Positions 50,100-61,349 of a DNA stretch of 64,000 nt are shown here, piece by piece. Positions within the stretch are counted from its first letter, which is position 1. Each line of letters begins with the position of its first letter. The notes beneath the pieces are model-generated. The model ran no database searches. It was not told the origin of the DNA and saw nothing but the letters and a program-made list of their open reading frames with translations. Position numbers and translations under genes: made by a program. Source of the stretch: Patescibacteria group bacterium (GTDB lineage: Bacteria; Patescibacteriota; Patescibacteriia; Patescibacteriales; UBA12465); assembly GCA_041651095.1 (NCBI GenBank), contig JBAZJV010000004.1, forward strand, positions 7,735 through 71,734, written 5' to 3'.

Positions 50100-50435
50100 C
50101 TACATTTTTATCTCTACGTCAACCCCGGCCGGTAAGACCAAATTCGTCAAATCTTCGATGGTTTTTTGGGTCGGATCAATGATGTCGATCATCCGCTTAT
50201 GGGTGCGCATCTCATACTGGTCACGGGCATCCTTATGCACGAAAGTCGAACGGTTAACCGTGTACTTGCGTTTTTCCGTGGGCAGCGGGATCGGACCGAA
50301 AAATTGCGCATCGCTGCGCTCGATGGTCTCGATAATGGTCTTGGTGGACTGATCGATGATCTTATGGTCAAAAGCCCGGATCTTGATCCTGATTCTCTGC
50401 TTGAAGTCTTTTTCTTCTTTTTTGGTTTCCGACAT
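50100..50435 (-). CDS. rpsJ: 30S ribosomal protein S10
   Basis: [18 protein letters not shown]. Confidence 0.97.
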   Translation of the reverse strand: MSETKKEEKDFKQRIRIKIRAFDHKIIDQSTKTIIETIERSDAQFFGPIPLPTEKRKYTVNRSTFVHKDARDQYEMRTHKRMIDIIDPTQKTIEDLTNLVLPAGVDVEIKM

Positions 50436-50454
50436 AATGAACTGGTTATTTTTC

Positions 50455-50490
50455 TATGAATTATTTTTTAATTATGAATTATTTTTTAAT
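50455..50490. repeat. 18-bp tandem direct repeat x2
   Basis: TATGAATTATTTTTTAAT twice between tuf and rpsJ. Confidence 0.8.
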
Positions 50491-50542
50491 CCTAAATAAT
50501 CACTACAAACCCGCCCTTCGCGGGAAGAGCGGGTCTAAGTGC

Positions 50543-51733
50543 TTACTTGATGATCTTGGTCACCGCGCCCGCGCCGACGGTCCGGCCGCCTTCACGGATG
50601 GTGAACTTCTGCTTGTCTTCCAAAGCGATAGGAGCAATCAGCTTGATCGTCAAATTGACGGTATCGCCTGGCATGACCATTTCCGTGCCGGCCGGCAAAG
50701 TGATGTCGCCGGTCACGTCGGTGGTCTTGAAATAGAATTGCGGCTTATAGCCGTTGAAGAACGGCTTGTGGCGGCCGCCTTCGTCCTTGCTTAGGACATA
50801 GACTTCAGCCGAGAATTCGGTGTGCGGAGTGACGGAGCCCGGTTTGCACAGGATCTGGCCGCGTTCGACCTCATTCTTCTTGGTGCCGCGGAGCAAAATG
50901 CCGGCGTTATCGCCCGCTTGCCCCTGGTCCAGAGACTTATTGAACATTTCGATGCCGGTTACGGTGGTTTTCTTGGTATCCATCAGGCCGACAATTTCTA
51001 CTTCGTCGCCGACTTTAACCATGCCTCTTTCAATACGGCCGGTCACGACAGTGCCGCGGCCTTCAATAGAGAAGATATCTTCAATCGGCATCAAATACGG
51101 CTTGTCCACGTCGCGAACCGGTTCCGGAATATAGGTATCCAGGGTTTCCATCAGCTTCATGATCGGCTCGGCATCCGGACCGCTCGGGTTTTCCAAAGCT
51201 TTCAAAGCGGAACCGCGGATGATCGGGGTGGTCTCGCCCGGGAATTCATATTTCTTCAGCAGGTCGCGGACTTCCTCTTCGACCAGATCGATGAGCTCCT
51301 TATCCTCGACCATATCGCATTTGTTCAAGAAAACGACGATATACGGCACGCCGACCTGGCGGGCCAAGAGGATGTGCTCTCTGGTCTGCGGCATCGGGCC
51401 GTCGGTCGCGGCGACCACCAGAATCGCGCCGTCCATCTGAGCGGCGCCAGTGATCATGTTCTTGACATAATCGGCGTGGCCCGGACAATCAACGTGCGCG
51501 TAGTGGCGCTTGTCGGATTCATATTCGACGTGCGCGGTCGCGATGGTGATGCCTCTCGCCTTCTCTTCCGGCGCGGCATCGATTTCATTGACCCCCTTGT
51601 GAGACGCTTTCATGCCTTTGGCGGCGAAAACGGCTAACATCGCGGCGGTCAAAGTGGTTTTCCCATGGTCGACGTGGCCGATAGTACCGACGTTGACATG
51701 GGGCTTAGTGCGTTCGAATTTTTCTGCTGCCAT
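50543..51733 (-). CDS. tuf: elongation factor Tu
   Basis: [21 protein letters not shown]. Confidence 0.99.
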   Translation of the reverse strand: MAAEKFERTKPHVNVGTIGHVDHGKTTLTAAMLAVFAAKGMKASHKGVNEIDAAPEEKARGITIATAHVEYESDKRHYAHVDCPGHADYVKNMITGAAQMDGAILVVAATDGPMPQTREHILLARQVGVPYIVVFLNKCDMVEDKELIDLVEEEVRDLLKKYEFPGETTPIIRGSALKALENPSGPDAEPIMKLMETLDTYIPEPVRDVDKPYLMPIEDIFSIEGRGTVVTGRIERGMVKVGDEVEIVGLMDTKKTTVTGIEMFNKSLDQGQAGDNAGILLRGTKKNEVERGQILCKPGSVTPHTEFSAEVYVLSKDEGGRHKPFFNGYKPQFYFKTTDVTGDITLPAGTEMVMPGDTVNLTIKLIAPIALEDKQKFTIREGGRTVGAGAVTKIIK

Positions 51734-51834
51734 GTTTTTGTTGTAAGGCCCCCGTAAACGGGGTTTCTTTCCTGAGAGGAGTCTAAAACGACCCTTAGGA
51801 AACCAGCCGAACTTAAATTAATTAATTATTAAAA

Positions 51835-52218
51835 TTATGCTATTTCTTGCGCCTTGTCTTTAACCTGGGGCGGAATTTGCCAACCGTTTTTTGGCTTATT
51901 TTCCTCGCCCAAGAAAGACGAAACATCCCGATTTTTCCACATCGAGATCTCGCGATTTATCTTATCAGTTAAATCTTCTTCTGTCAAATTATCAGATTTG
52001 GCTGAAATTGGGGATAATTCCGCTGATGCCATGTCCTTCGCGGACGTAGCTGCCGGCTGGGCAGGAGCAACCGGATCATGGCCGGACTGCTTAGCCGCGT
52101 AGCTGGCAAAATCCATGATGACATAGGAATCATCCGGTTCTTGGCTGTCAAAAATAATGACCCGGTCGCCTGTCCGCTTGATGAGATCCAAGATTTTTTT
52201 CAACTGTTCGGGAAACAT
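51835..52218 (-). CDS. hypothetical protein between fusA and tuf
   Basis: 127-aa ORF starting 4 nt after the fusA stop. Confidence 0.7.
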   Translation of the reverse strand: MFPEQLKKILDLIKRTGDRVIIFDSQEPDDSYVIMDFASYAAKQSGHDPVAPAQPAATSAKDMASAELSPISAKSDNLTEEDLTDKINREISMWKNRDVSSFLGEENKPKNGWQIPPQVKDKAQEIA

Positions 52219-52222
52219 ATCA

Positions 52223-54301
52223 TTATTTACCTTGCTTTTCCTTAATCGTTTCTAAGATATTCTTCGGCACTTCGGCATAATGGGAAAATTCCATGACGTA
52301 ATTGGCCCGACCCTGGCTCATGGAGCGCAACGAAGTGGCGTAGCCGAACATTTCGGCGAGCGGTACCTTGGCTTTCACCACCTTGATGTTGGACCGGTCG
52401 CTCATCTCTTCTATTTGGCCGCGCTTACTGCTTAAGTCGCCGATGATATTACCCATATAGTCTTCCGGGGTGGTCACTTCCACTTTCATGATCGGTTCCA
52501 AAAGGATCGGGCTGGCTTTCTGGCAAGCTTCCTTGAAAGCAAAAATAGCGGCCATCTTGAAGGCGATTTCCGAAGAGTCGACTTCGTGATAGGAGCCGTA
52601 GAAAACCGCGGCTTTGACATCGACCATGGGGTAGCCGGCCACCGTGCCGCTCAGCATGGCTTCCCGGACGCCTTTTTCAATCGCCGGAATATATTCGCGC
52701 GGAATGATGCCGCCTTTGATCTCGTCAGCGAACTCGAAGCCCTTGCCCTGCTCTTGCGGCTCGACGCGCAAGGAACAATGCCCGTATTGGCCGCGGCCGC
52801 CGGACTGCTTGACGTATTTATGCTCCGCTTCCGCGGTCTTGGTGATAGTTTCGCGATAAGAGACTTGTGGATTGCCGACATTGGCTTCCACGCCGAACTC
52901 CCGCCGCATGCGATCAACAATGATGTCCAGATGCAGCTCGCCCATGCCGGAAATCAGCACCTGGCCGGATTCCTCGTCGGATTCCACCCGGAAAGTCGGA
53001 TCTTCTTCCGCCAGACGCTGCAGGGCCACGCCCATCTTTTCCTGGTCGGCCTTGGTCTTCGGCTCGACGGCGATCTTAATGACCGGTTCCGGGAAAATGA
53101 TCGATTCCAGTAAAACCGGATTGTTCTCTTCGCAGAGCGTATTGCCGGTCGTGGTATTCTTCAGACCGATAACCGCGGCGATGTCGCCGGCATAGACTTC
53201 CTTGACTTCCTCGCGATGGTTGGCGTGCATGCGCACGATACGGCCGATCCGTTCCTTGCTGTCCTTGGAAGAGTTGATGATATAAGAGCCGGCGGTGAGC
53301 ACGCCCTGATACACCCGGACGAAACATAATTTTCCGACAAAAGGATCGGTCGCGATTTTGAAGGCCAGGCCCACGAAGGGCTTGCTGTCATCGGCCTTAA
53401 CTACCACCTTTTTCTCGGTGTCGCGGACATCGGTCGCTTCTACGTCCGGCAAATCCAGCGGCGACGGCAGATAGTCGTTGACCGCATCTAAGACCAGCTG
53501 GACGCCGATATTCTGCAAAGCGGTACCGCAGAACACCGGGTACAGCGCGTTAGCGATCACTCCCTTGCGGATGGCGGCTTTGAGCTCTTCCAGGCCGATT
53601 TCCTGTCCGCCCAAATATTTTTCCATGGTCTTCTCATCGCATTCTACGGCTTTTTCCACTAATTCGTTATGATATTGGTCAACCTTCGCCTGCAAGTCGG
53701 CCGGCACCGGAATCTCTTCGATATTGACGCCGTTATTGCCGGTGAATTGATAAGCCTTCTTGGTTAGAAGGTCGATGACGCCTTTCAAATCGCTTTCCGC
53801 GCCTATAGGCAGCTGCATGGCCACGGCTTTCGGATTGAGGCGGGTGCGGATGGAATTCAAGCTCATGTAAAAATCGGCGCCCATCTTATCCATCTTGTTG
53901 ACGAAGCACAGGCGTGGCACTTGATATTTGTCCGCCTGACGCCAAACGGTTTCCGATTGCGGCTCGACACCGGCCTGGCCGTCGAATACGGCGACCGCGC
54001 CATCCAACACGCGCAACGAGCGTTCGACTTCAACGGTGAAATCAACGTGGCCGGGAGTATCGATGATATTGATCTTGTTATGCTTCCAAAAACAAGTGGT
54101 AGCGGCAGAGGTGATGGTAATGCCCCGCTCCTTCTCCTGCTCCATCCAGTCCATCTCGGCCGCGCCTTCGTGCACTTCGCCGATCTTATGCTTCTTGCCG
54201 GTATAAAAAAGAACCCGCTCGGTAAAAGTGGTCTTACCGGCATCGATGTGGGCCATGATCCCGATGTTCCTGATGTTTTCTAGCGCGTAATCTCGAGCCA
54301 T
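52223..54301 (-). CDS. fusA: elongation factor G
   Basis: [24 protein letters not shown]. Confidence 0.99.
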   Translation of the reverse strand: MARDYALENIRNIGIMAHIDAGKTTFTERVLFYTGKKHKIGEVHEGAAEMDWMEQEKERGITITSAATTCFWKHNKINIIDTPGHVDFTVEVERSLRVLDGAVAVFDGQAGVEPQSETVWRQADKYQVPRLCFVNKMDKMGADFYMSLNSIRTRLNPKAVAMQLPIGAESDLKGVIDLLTKKAYQFTGNNGVNIEEIPVPADLQAKVDQYHNELVEKAVECDEKTMEKYLGGQEIGLEELKAAIRKGVIANALYPVFCGTALQNIGVQLVLDAVNDYLPSPLDLPDVEATDVRDTEKKVVVKADDSKPFVGLAFKIATDPFVGKLCFVRVYQGVLTAGSYIINSSKDSKERIGRIVRMHANHREEVKEVYAGDIAAVIGLKNTTTGNTLCEENNPVLLESIIFPEPVIKIAVEPKTKADQEKMGVALQRLAEEDPTFRVESDEESGQVLISGMGELHLDIIVDRMRREFGVEANVGNPQVSYRETITKTAEAEHKYVKQSGGRGQYGHCSLRVEPQEQGKGFEFADEIKGGIIPREYIPAIEKGVREAMLSGTVAGYPMVDVKAAVFYGSYHEVDSSEIAFKMAAIFAFKEACQKASPILLEPIMKVEVTTPEDYMGNIIGDLSSKRGQIEEMSDRSNIKVVKAKVPLAEMFGYATSLRSMSQGRANYVMEFSHYAEVPKNILETIKEKQGK

Positions 54302-54339
54302 AAATTGATGATATGATAATAGCTTAAAAATTATCCGGT

Positions 54340-54807
<468 letters not shown>

Positions 54808-54824
54808 AAATATTTAGAGTTAAT

Positions 54825-55244
54825 TTATTTTTTCGGTTTCTTGGCGCCGTAGCGGCTGCGGCCCTGGCGACGAGCCTCCACGCCGGCGGCATCAAAAACG
54901 CCGCGCACCACCTTATAGCGGACGCCCGGCAGATCCTTGGTCTTGCCGCCCTTGACCAGCACGATAGAGTGTTCCTGCAGATTATGCCCCATGCCCGGGA
55001 TATAGGCGGTCACTTCCATGCCGTTACTCAAACGGACGCGAGCGATCTTGCGCAGAGCGGAATTCGGTTTCTTGGGGGTAGTCGTGGTCACCTTCAAGCA
55101 GACCCCTTGTTTAAAGGGCGCCCCCTGGGCCGTATCTTTTTTCTTGCGGTGCAGCGAATCCAAGCTAGTATGCAAAGCCAAGGCATTGCGCCGCTTGCCG
55201 ATTGACTTCCGACCTCTTTTCACTAATTGATTAATTGTTGGCAT
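54825..55244 (-). CDS. rpsL: 30S ribosomal protein S12
   Basis: [24 protein letters not shown]. Confidence 0.99.
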   Translation of the reverse strand: MPTINQLVKRGRKSIGKRRNALALHTSLDSLHRKKKDTAQGAPFKQGVCLKVTTTTPKKPNSALRKIARVRLSNGMEVTAYIPGMGHNLQEHSIVLVKGGKTKDLPGVRYKVVRGVFDAAGVEARRQGRSRYGAKKPKK

Positions 55245-55413
55245 ATCAAGAATCTTGTCTGCTCTTGCTGGGAGGCGCCGATAAACCGGGCCTCGCTCGC
55301 TCAGTTGACAATAATATTATAAAAATCCTGATTATTCAGGATAGGTTTAAGCTACTGAAATTTTTACTAATTCAATTTAACAAAATCTAAAATATAAGTC
55401 AAGAACGGACAAA

Positions 55414-56025
55414 TCAGGCGCCGACAATAATTTTAAACAAAAAATCAACTGCCGGGATGATCAATCCACCAGCTAACATCACGAGCAAAATGATCAGGAC
55501 AAAGCCAAAACGGTCTACGGCCAGATAGCGCGCCCGTAGGTGCTCGGGCAAGAAAACCGCCAGGATCTTGGAGCCATCAAGAGGCGGGAGCGGCACCAAG
55601 TTAAAAACAGCTAATATTAAATTAATATAAATAATTACCGCCAGCAGGCCGGCGAAAGTCAGATTAAATATGGGAAAAAATCTTAAAAATAAACCAAAAA
55701 ATACTGCAATAATCAGATTAGTCAAAGGGCCGGCGACAGCCACTTTGGCATCGCCATATTTACGATCTCGCAAATTATAGGGGTTATAAGGCACGGGCTT
55801 GGCCCAACCGAAAACAAAGGGCATCTGGGTTAAAACCATAAACAAGGGTAAAAAGAAAGAACCGAACCACTCCAGATGAGCCAGCGGATTCAAAGTCAGG
55901 CGGCCGGCATCCTTGGCCGTGGAGTCGCCCAAATGAAAAGCCGCCCAGCCGTGCATGTATTCATGAGCCACGGCCGAAAAAATCAAGACAATGATCTGGA
56001 AAGTGACGCTTAATTCTTGAGACAT
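55414..56025 (-). CDS. site-2 protease (M50) family
   Basis: HEYMH, AGP, NLVPLPPLDG. Confidence 0.93.
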   Translation of the reverse strand: MSQELSVTFQIIVLIFSAVAHEYMHGWAAFHLGDSTAKDAGRLTLNPLAHLEWFGSFFLPLFMVLTQMPFVFGWAKPVPYNPYNLRDRKYGDAKVAVAGPLTNLIIAVFFGLFLRFFPIFNLTFAGLLAVIIYINLILAVFNLVPLPPLDGSKILAVFLPEHLRARYLAVDRFGFVLIILLVMLAGGLIIPAVDFLFKIIVGA

Positions 56026-56138
56026 ATACCAGAATTATACCATAGCTTGATTAATTTTAAAAATGCTGTTAAGATAAAACCGTTAATTTGACCATTATTC
56101 CCGCGAGCCGCGGGAATCTAATTTTAAAGACCAATAAT

Positions 56139-56390
56139 ATGGCGAAAAAATGCGATCTCTGCGGACGAAGCGCGACCAAAGGAGCCAGCCGTTCCCATTC
56201 CAAGATCAAAACCCTAAAAAGGCAGCATATCAACTTGCAGACCAAGGTCATAGACGGACAGAAAGTTAAACTCTGCACTTCCTGCCTGCGGACCATTGAT
56301 AAGCCGAAACGAGTCAAGGCCAAACGGAAACCGGCGCTTAAGTCTGGTGAAAAGAAAGCAGCCAAGAAGAAAGTGGCCAAGAAGAAATAA
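56139..56390 (+). CDS. rpmB: 50S ribosomal protein L28 with Lys-rich tail
   Basis: CDLCG...SHSKIKT...NLQ...CTSCLRT. Confidence 0.93.
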   Translation: MAKKCDLCGRSATKGASRSHSKIKTLKRQHINLQTKVIDGQKVKLCTSCLRTIDKPKRVKAKRKPALKSGEKKAAKKKVAKKK

Positions 56391-56425
56391 GAAGATACTG
56401 ATAGCGAACTATAAAAAATCACCTC

Positions 56426-57790
56426 TCAAACAGCGGTGATTTTTTTTAGAAAATAAACCAAGCCGGCCAGCAGTCCATAATACTCCGCTCCACACCACCA
56501 ATTAAACCAGTCGACATTGACGGCTGCCAAACTCGGCGCGGCTAAGAGTCCGGAGACGACGAAGATGAATTTCAGCAACAGATAGGCCGGCAGGAACCAG
56601 AACGGGCTCAGCGCCGGCAGGATCGCCGACAGCAGCAAACCGCCGATTAGAGAAGCTAAGAGTGGCGGGAAGGTCCAGAGCACCAGGATATTGGCTAAGG
56701 GAGCGATCAAGGATAACTGATGGAAATTAATCAGGGCTACCGGCAGAATAGCCAGCTGGCAAGACATAGTCAGATTGGCCGTGTCCAACAGGGCGGTAAT
56801 GATATTCTGTCGGCCCATCGGCCAGCCTAGCCCGGCCGTTAAGTGCCGGATCATTGCCCGGCCAAGCGGATAAAGATAGATGATGCCCAGGAGTGCCAGG
56901 AAGGACAATTGGAATCCGATATCGTCGCGCAAGAGCCGCGGATTGAACGCCAGCATCACGGCGGCCGAAAAAACCAAGGCCCTGATCAAGGAATTAGCCC
57001 GACCATAATAGACCGCCAAGAAAGCCAGGCCGCCCATGATGGCAGAGCGGACCGCGGAGGCGGCCAGGCCGGTAATGAGCGGATAGGCGATCAGGAAAAT
57101 AAAGACCAGTCTAGTCGTCCAGCGCCGGCTGAAGCCGAGTGCTAGAAAAAAATTAATGATCATCGCGCTCAAAATAGTGATATGCGAACCGGAGATGGCG
57201 ATGAGGTGGCTCAGTCCGACCCGAGCGAAGATATCCAGATCGCTCCGATTGACGGTCCGGCGATAGCCAAGCAAGATAGCGTCAGCCAGGCCGGCGGACG
57301 GCTCCGGCAAGCTGGCATCAATCATGCTTTTCAACCGCTGTTTACCATTAAGCAAGCGGCGATAGGCAGACTGCGGCCAGGTCAAACGGCCGACCGACCA
57401 TTCTGCCCGCGGATAATACATCAGCGAATAAATATCGTAGCGGGACAAATAGCTGGCGTAATCAAAATCGTCAATGGCCGCGGGAGCCTGCAATGTCCCG
57501 GTGAGCCGCAAGAAATCGCCATAATCATAGGCCGGATACAAATTAGTCGTCACCAAGACCCGGCCGTTTTCCTGTCCGTTCACGCAAACAGTCAGGCGTC
57601 GGCTCTTATAATCAAGATCCGCCTCCTCGCAGACCCGGCCGGTCAAAGACAAACGCCGGCCGTTATAATAAGCGAGGCTGCGCTCGGTTATCTCCGGCTG
57701 GAAAGCGCCGGGGCGGAAACCGAGCAGGAAGATAATCAGGATAAACAACAAATTAAGATAAAAGAAAATCTTGGCCGGCCTCAGGCGCAT
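56426..57790 (-). CDS. comEC: ComEC/Rec2 competence channel (no nuclease domain)
   Basis: GLSHLIAISGSH, SAVRSAIM, GFQLSFLA. Confidence 0.92.
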   Translation of the reverse strand: MRLRPAKIFFYLNLLFILIIFLLGFRPGAFQPEITERSLAYYNGRRLSLTGRVCEEADLDYKSRRLTVCVNGQENGRVLVTTNLYPAYDYGDFLRLTGTLQAPAAIDDFDYASYLSRYDIYSLMYYPRAEWSVGRLTWPQSAYRRLLNGKQRLKSMIDASLPEPSAGLADAILLGYRRTVNRSDLDIFARVGLSHLIAISGSHITILSAMIINFFLALGFSRRWTTRLVFIFLIAYPLITGLAASAVRSAIMGGLAFLAVYYGRANSLIRALVFSAAVMLAFNPRLLRDDIGFQLSFLALLGIIYLYPLGRAMIRHLTAGLGWPMGRQNIITALLDTANLTMSCQLAILPVALINFHQLSLIAPLANILVLWTFPPLLASLIGGLLLSAILPALSPFWFLPAYLLLKFIFVVSGLLAAPSLAAVNVDWFNWWCGAEYYGLLAGLVYFLKKITAV

Positions 57791-57882
57791 AAAAATACCG
57801 TTAATGATAACGGTATTAGTATAACGGCAAAGTAATGACCAATTATTAAACTATAACCGGGCTTAATCTTAAAATTTTTAAA

Positions 57883-58100
57883 TTGACAATAATTAAAATA
57901 TATTTTAATATAAACAATCACCCGATTTCTTTAAAAAACATTCGGCTTCACCGAAATAAGCCCTTAATCATAGGCTCATTTCGGTGAAGCTAAATCATGG
58001 TTTCGCCCCAGTCTTCCCTTGCGGCAAAAGCCGGGGGACAAGCGCCATTCCGGTGGGCTGGAACTCCGTTATCCCTTAGCCGGGATTGAAAAAAGGGAGA
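57883..58100 (+). promoter_or_regulatory. sigma70 promoter, boxA-like motif and structured leader
   Basis: TTGACA-17-TAATAT; TTTCTTTAAAAA at 57926; 18-bp stem 57945-62/57973-90. Confidence 0.6.
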
Positions 58101-58105
58101 ATAAA

Positions 58106-58864
58106 ATGTTGAAAGAATTAGTTTTAGCTACCAGAACAAGCCGGTTGGTGACGATTACCATACTGGCCAGCTTATGTTTTTTCTTATTTATTTCAAATAT
58201 GTCGCTAATCGTAAAAATCTACACCAGCCCGCTTCATCCGACTAGCGACCAAATGACCAAGCTGGTTCTAATCCTGATAGCTTTATCGCTTGGCACTATT
58301 GTCTTAGCCTATCTGAGCTTATCGCTCTCCGCCGAGGAAAAGGCGGCGCGTGATAAGAGCAGCCGAGAACAAATCATTAATAATCTAAGAGAGGCCGTAT
58401 CTGCGGCAATTACCGTTACGACCTTCGATATGGAGTTGTCAACGATAATTAGAAAATTTTCTGACTGCATCAGCCAATTTAAGCCAGAGGATCTTCCTGG
58501 CCTTTCAGCTAAAATTTTGCTGATCGGCGCGGCTAATAGCTTAGCGGTAATATATTATTGCCTTGACCTTAAGGATTACCAAAAGCAACAAATTATCTCT
58601 AAAAAACCGCAAAATTGGGATTATATACTAAGCGCCACCCAGGAAGAAATCAACAATATAGGCACAGCCAAAAAAGAACTGCAAGAGTCTTATGAACAGA
58701 TTCATAACTTCGCTAGACGCCATATCAGCGTCGTTTCAGATACGGGTAAGAACAAATATACGCTCTATGCTGATGCGGCAGTATTGCTACTGTTAAAAGA
58801 TAGAAGAAAAAAAATGAAAACAGGGGCCGTACCAATGAACAAATATTATTACCGATACAGCTGA
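58106..58864 (+). CDS. hypothetical membrane protein
   Basis: GGGAG SD before ATG 58106; two N-terminal TM; terminator 58884-58910. Confidence 0.65.
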   Translation: MLKELVLATRTSRLVTITILASLCFFLFISNMSLIVKIYTSPLHPTSDQMTKLVLILIALSLGTIVLAYLSLSLSAEEKAARDKSSREQIINNLREAVSAAITVTTFDMELSTIIRKFSDCISQFKPEDLPGLSAKILLIGAANSLAVIYYCLDLKDYQKQQIISKKPQNWDYILSATQEEINNIGTAKKELQESYEQIHNFARRHISVVSDTGKNKYTLYADAAVLLLLKDRRKKMKTGAVPMNKYYYRYS

Positions 58865-58944
58865 AGCAAAATTGGTTAAAAATAAACCCTCCAAAAAACG
58901 GAGGGTTTTTCATAATCTAAAATCTTTTAATCATCGAATCGCAG

Positions 58945-60042
58945 CTATCTAGCCTTCAACCATCTCAAATACGCTTCCATGAATTGTTCTAAATCGCCGT
59001 CTAAGACCTTATCGACATCCGAGGTCTCGTAATTGCTGCGGTGGTCCTTGACCAAACGATTGCCATAGAGAAAATAAGACCGGATCTGTTTGCCCCACTC
59101 GGCTTTCTGCACTTCCCCTTTCAGTTTCCGCTCCTCCGCTTCTTTCTCGGCTAAGGCTAATTGGTAAAGCTTGGTGCGCAAAATCTTCAGGGCGTTTTCC
59201 TTGTTCTGGTGCTGAGAACGCTCCGTCTGGCAGGAAATCGTGATCCCCGTCGGCAAATGAACCAGGCGCACGGCCGAGTCGGTCGTATTGACGCTCTGGC
59301 CGCCCGGACCGCTGGACCGGAAAACATCTATCCGCAAATCCTCGTCCTTGATGACGATAGTGTCGCTGTCTTTGATTTCCGGGATAACCTCCACCAGCGC
59401 GAAAGAAGTGTGGCGCAAACCGTCGGCGTCGAAAGGTGAATTGCGCAACAAGCGATGCACGCCGTTCTCGCTCTTGAAATAACCATAAGCCCAGGCGCCG
59501 GCTACCCGGAAAACCACGCTCTTTAAACCAGCTTCGTTGCCGTAATTACGGTCTAGGATCTCGGTTTTCCAGCCCTGCCGTTCGCAAAAGCGCAAGAACA
59601 TGCGCTCCAGCATTTGCGCCCAGTCCTGGGCGTCAACGCCGCCGGTGCCGGCATGAATGGCGACCAGGGCATTATCATGATCGTATTTTTCATCGAACAA
59701 CGATAAGAATTCCAAATGGGAAAATCGCTGAGCCAGCTCTTCATATTTGCGGCCCAACTCTTCAGTCAGATCGCCGCTGCCTTCTTTCTGCGCCAATGCG
59801 GCGATTTCTTCGGTTTCCCGGATATTATGCTCCATCTCCGACCATTCCTTGATCTCGGCGGATAATTCTTCAGCTTGCCGGCCGATACTTACGGCTGCTT
59901 CCCGATCATGCCAAAAATCCGGCTCGGCCATCTTGAGCCGCAAGGCTTTTTCTTCGCCGGTTTTCCGTTCAATAGCTAAAAGCGCCTTAGTTTTCAGGAA
60001 GCGCTCGCGCAAATCTTCCAATTTTTCCAATAAAGTTTCCAT
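58945..60042 (-). CDS. prfB: peptide chain release factor 2 (uninterrupted ORF)
   Basis: SPF tripeptide, GGQ, ERSQHQN. Confidence 0.97.
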   Translation of the reverse strand: METLLEKLEDLRERFLKTKALLAIERKTGEEKALRLKMAEPDFWHDREAAVSIGRQAEELSAEIKEWSEMEHNIRETEEIAALAQKEGSGDLTEELGRKYEELAQRFSHLEFLSLFDEKYDHDNALVAIHAGTGGVDAQDWAQMLERMFLRFCERQGWKTEILDRNYGNEAGLKSVVFRVAGAWAYGYFKSENGVHRLLRNSPFDADGLRHTSFALVEVIPEIKDSDTIVIKDEDLRIDVFRSSGPGGQSVNTTDSAVRLVHLPTGITISCQTERSQHQNKENALKILRTKLYQLALAEKEAEERKLKGEVQKAEWGKQIRSYFLYGNRLVKDHRSNYETSDVDKVLDGDLEQFMEAYLRWLKAR

Positions 60043-60056
60043 ACAGGCATTATAAC

Positions 60057-60086
60057 AAAAAAACGCCCCGGTAAACAGGGCGTTTT
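60057..60086 (-). terminator. terminator after rpsI
   Basis: AAAACGCCC/GGGCGTTTT hairpin. Confidence 0.75.
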
Positions 60087-60096
60087 CGTATAAAAA

Positions 60097-60609
60097 CTAG
60101 CGCTTGCTCCATTGCGGACTCTTGCGAGCCTTGCGCAGACCAGGCTTCTTCCGTTCCACCTGGCGCGGGTCGCGGGTCAGGAAATCATTCACTTTCAGAG
60201 CTTCCTTGGTGGCCGGATCGCAGGCCAGAATCGCCCGGCTGATGCCTAAGCGGACCGCCCCGACCTGCCCCTGTTTGCCGCCGCCGCGGACGAGCACGGA
60301 AAAATTAAAATCGCGGCTATGGCCGGTCACTTTCAGCGGCTGGGCGACCAGGTTGGCACCCTCGCCGGCAAAATATTCGCTGGCCTTCTTGCCGTTAACC
60401 ATTATAACTCCTTTGCCGTCTTCATATAAGCGGACGCGGGCAATCGCCTGCTTGCGGCGCCCGTTGGCCTGGATATATTTGCCGGCAAACTCCGCCGTTT
60501 CATTCTTAGCCCAATCCTTTTCCTCCTCCACCGGTTCGGTCGAGACGGCCGTCAAGATTTCCGCTACCGGCTTCTTGGCTTTCACCGCTTTGGTTTTTTT
60601 CTCTGCCAT
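60097..60609 (-). CDS. rpsI: 30S ribosomal protein S9
   Basis: GRRK, LTRDPR.VERKKPG, QWSKR. Confidence 0.97.
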   Translation of the reverse strand: MAEKKTKAVKAKKPVAEILTAVSTEPVEEEKDWAKNETAEFAGKYIQANGRRKQAIARVRLYEDGKGVIMVNGKKASEYFAGEGANLVAQPLKVTGHSRDFNFSVLVRGGGKQGQVGAVRLGISRAILACDPATKEALKVNDFLTRDPRQVERKKPGLRKARKSPQWSKR

Positions 60610-60612
60610 ATG

Positions 60613-60969
60613 TTATTTGATGATTAATCGCTTGAGCTGGGCCGTCCGCAACTTGGTGGGCGGCAACATTTCCCGGACCGCCCGATACAGGACATCACCC
60701 GGATTCTTGGTGAAGACCTCGGACATCTTCTTGCTCTTCAAGCCGCCCAGATAACCGGAAAAATGATGATATTGCTTCTGGTCCAATTTCCGGCCGGTAA
60801 ATTTCAATTTGGCGACATTAGCCACTTCAACGATATCGCCCAGGTCCAGGTGCGGGACGAATTCCGGTTTGTTCTTGCCGCGCAAGAGCCCGGCGATCTT
60901 GGTGGCCAAACGTCCGACCGGGCTGCCGGCCGCGTCTAGCTTATGCAGTTTTCTCTGGATATTTTTCAT
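60613..60969 (-). CDS. rplM: 50S ribosomal protein L13
   Basis: GRLATKIA..LRGKNKP, SGYLGG. Confidence 0.97.
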   Translation of the reverse strand: MKNIQRKLHKLDAAGSPVGRLATKIAGLLRGKNKPEFVPHLDLGDIVEVANVAKLKFTGRKLDQKQYHHFSGYLGGLKSKKMSEVFTKNPGDVLYRAVREMLPPTKLRTAQLKRLIIK

Positions 60970-60973
60970 ATTT

Positions 60974-61324
60974 TTAGACTAATTCGATCTGCACCATCTC
61001 CGCCCCGTCGCCGGCGCGCGTCCCCAGCTTGATGGTACGGGTATAGCCGCCCGCTCGATTCTTATAGCGCACACCCAGGACTTCCAGGGCCTTCTTGACG
61101 GCATTCTTCTGCAGCAATACCTTGATCAGGCCGCGCCGGGCATTCAGGTCGCCGGCTTTCGCCGCCGTTATCGAACGTTCCACCAGGGGGCGGACCGCCG
61201 TCGCCTTGGCTTTGGTCGTCTTCACTTTCTCATAGAGCAGGATGCTGGAGGCCAGGTTGCGCAGCATCAGTTCCCGCGGCCCTTTCTTCCGATCCAGGAT
61301 CTTGTTTTTATTTCTGTGACGCAT
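60974..61324 (-). CDS. rplQ: 50S ribosomal protein L17
   Basis: MRHR, GGYTR, RAGDGA. Confidence 0.97.
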   Translation of the reverse strand: MRHRNKNKILDRKKGPRELMLRNLASSILLYEKVKTTKAKATAVRPLVERSITAAKAGDLNARRGLIKVLLQKNAVKKALEVLGVRYKNRAGGYTRTIKLGTRAGDGAEMVQIELV

Positions 61325-61349
61325 AAACTTGAGTGATCTTTATGGCAAA

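Noticed and set aside
50455-50490. Tandem repeat as CRISPR or iteron
   Set aside because: Only two adjacent AT-rich copies with no spacer; likely slippage.
56426-57790. ComEC lacking the metallo-beta-lactamase domain as a novelty
   Set aside because: Short ComEC forms are common in many phyla.
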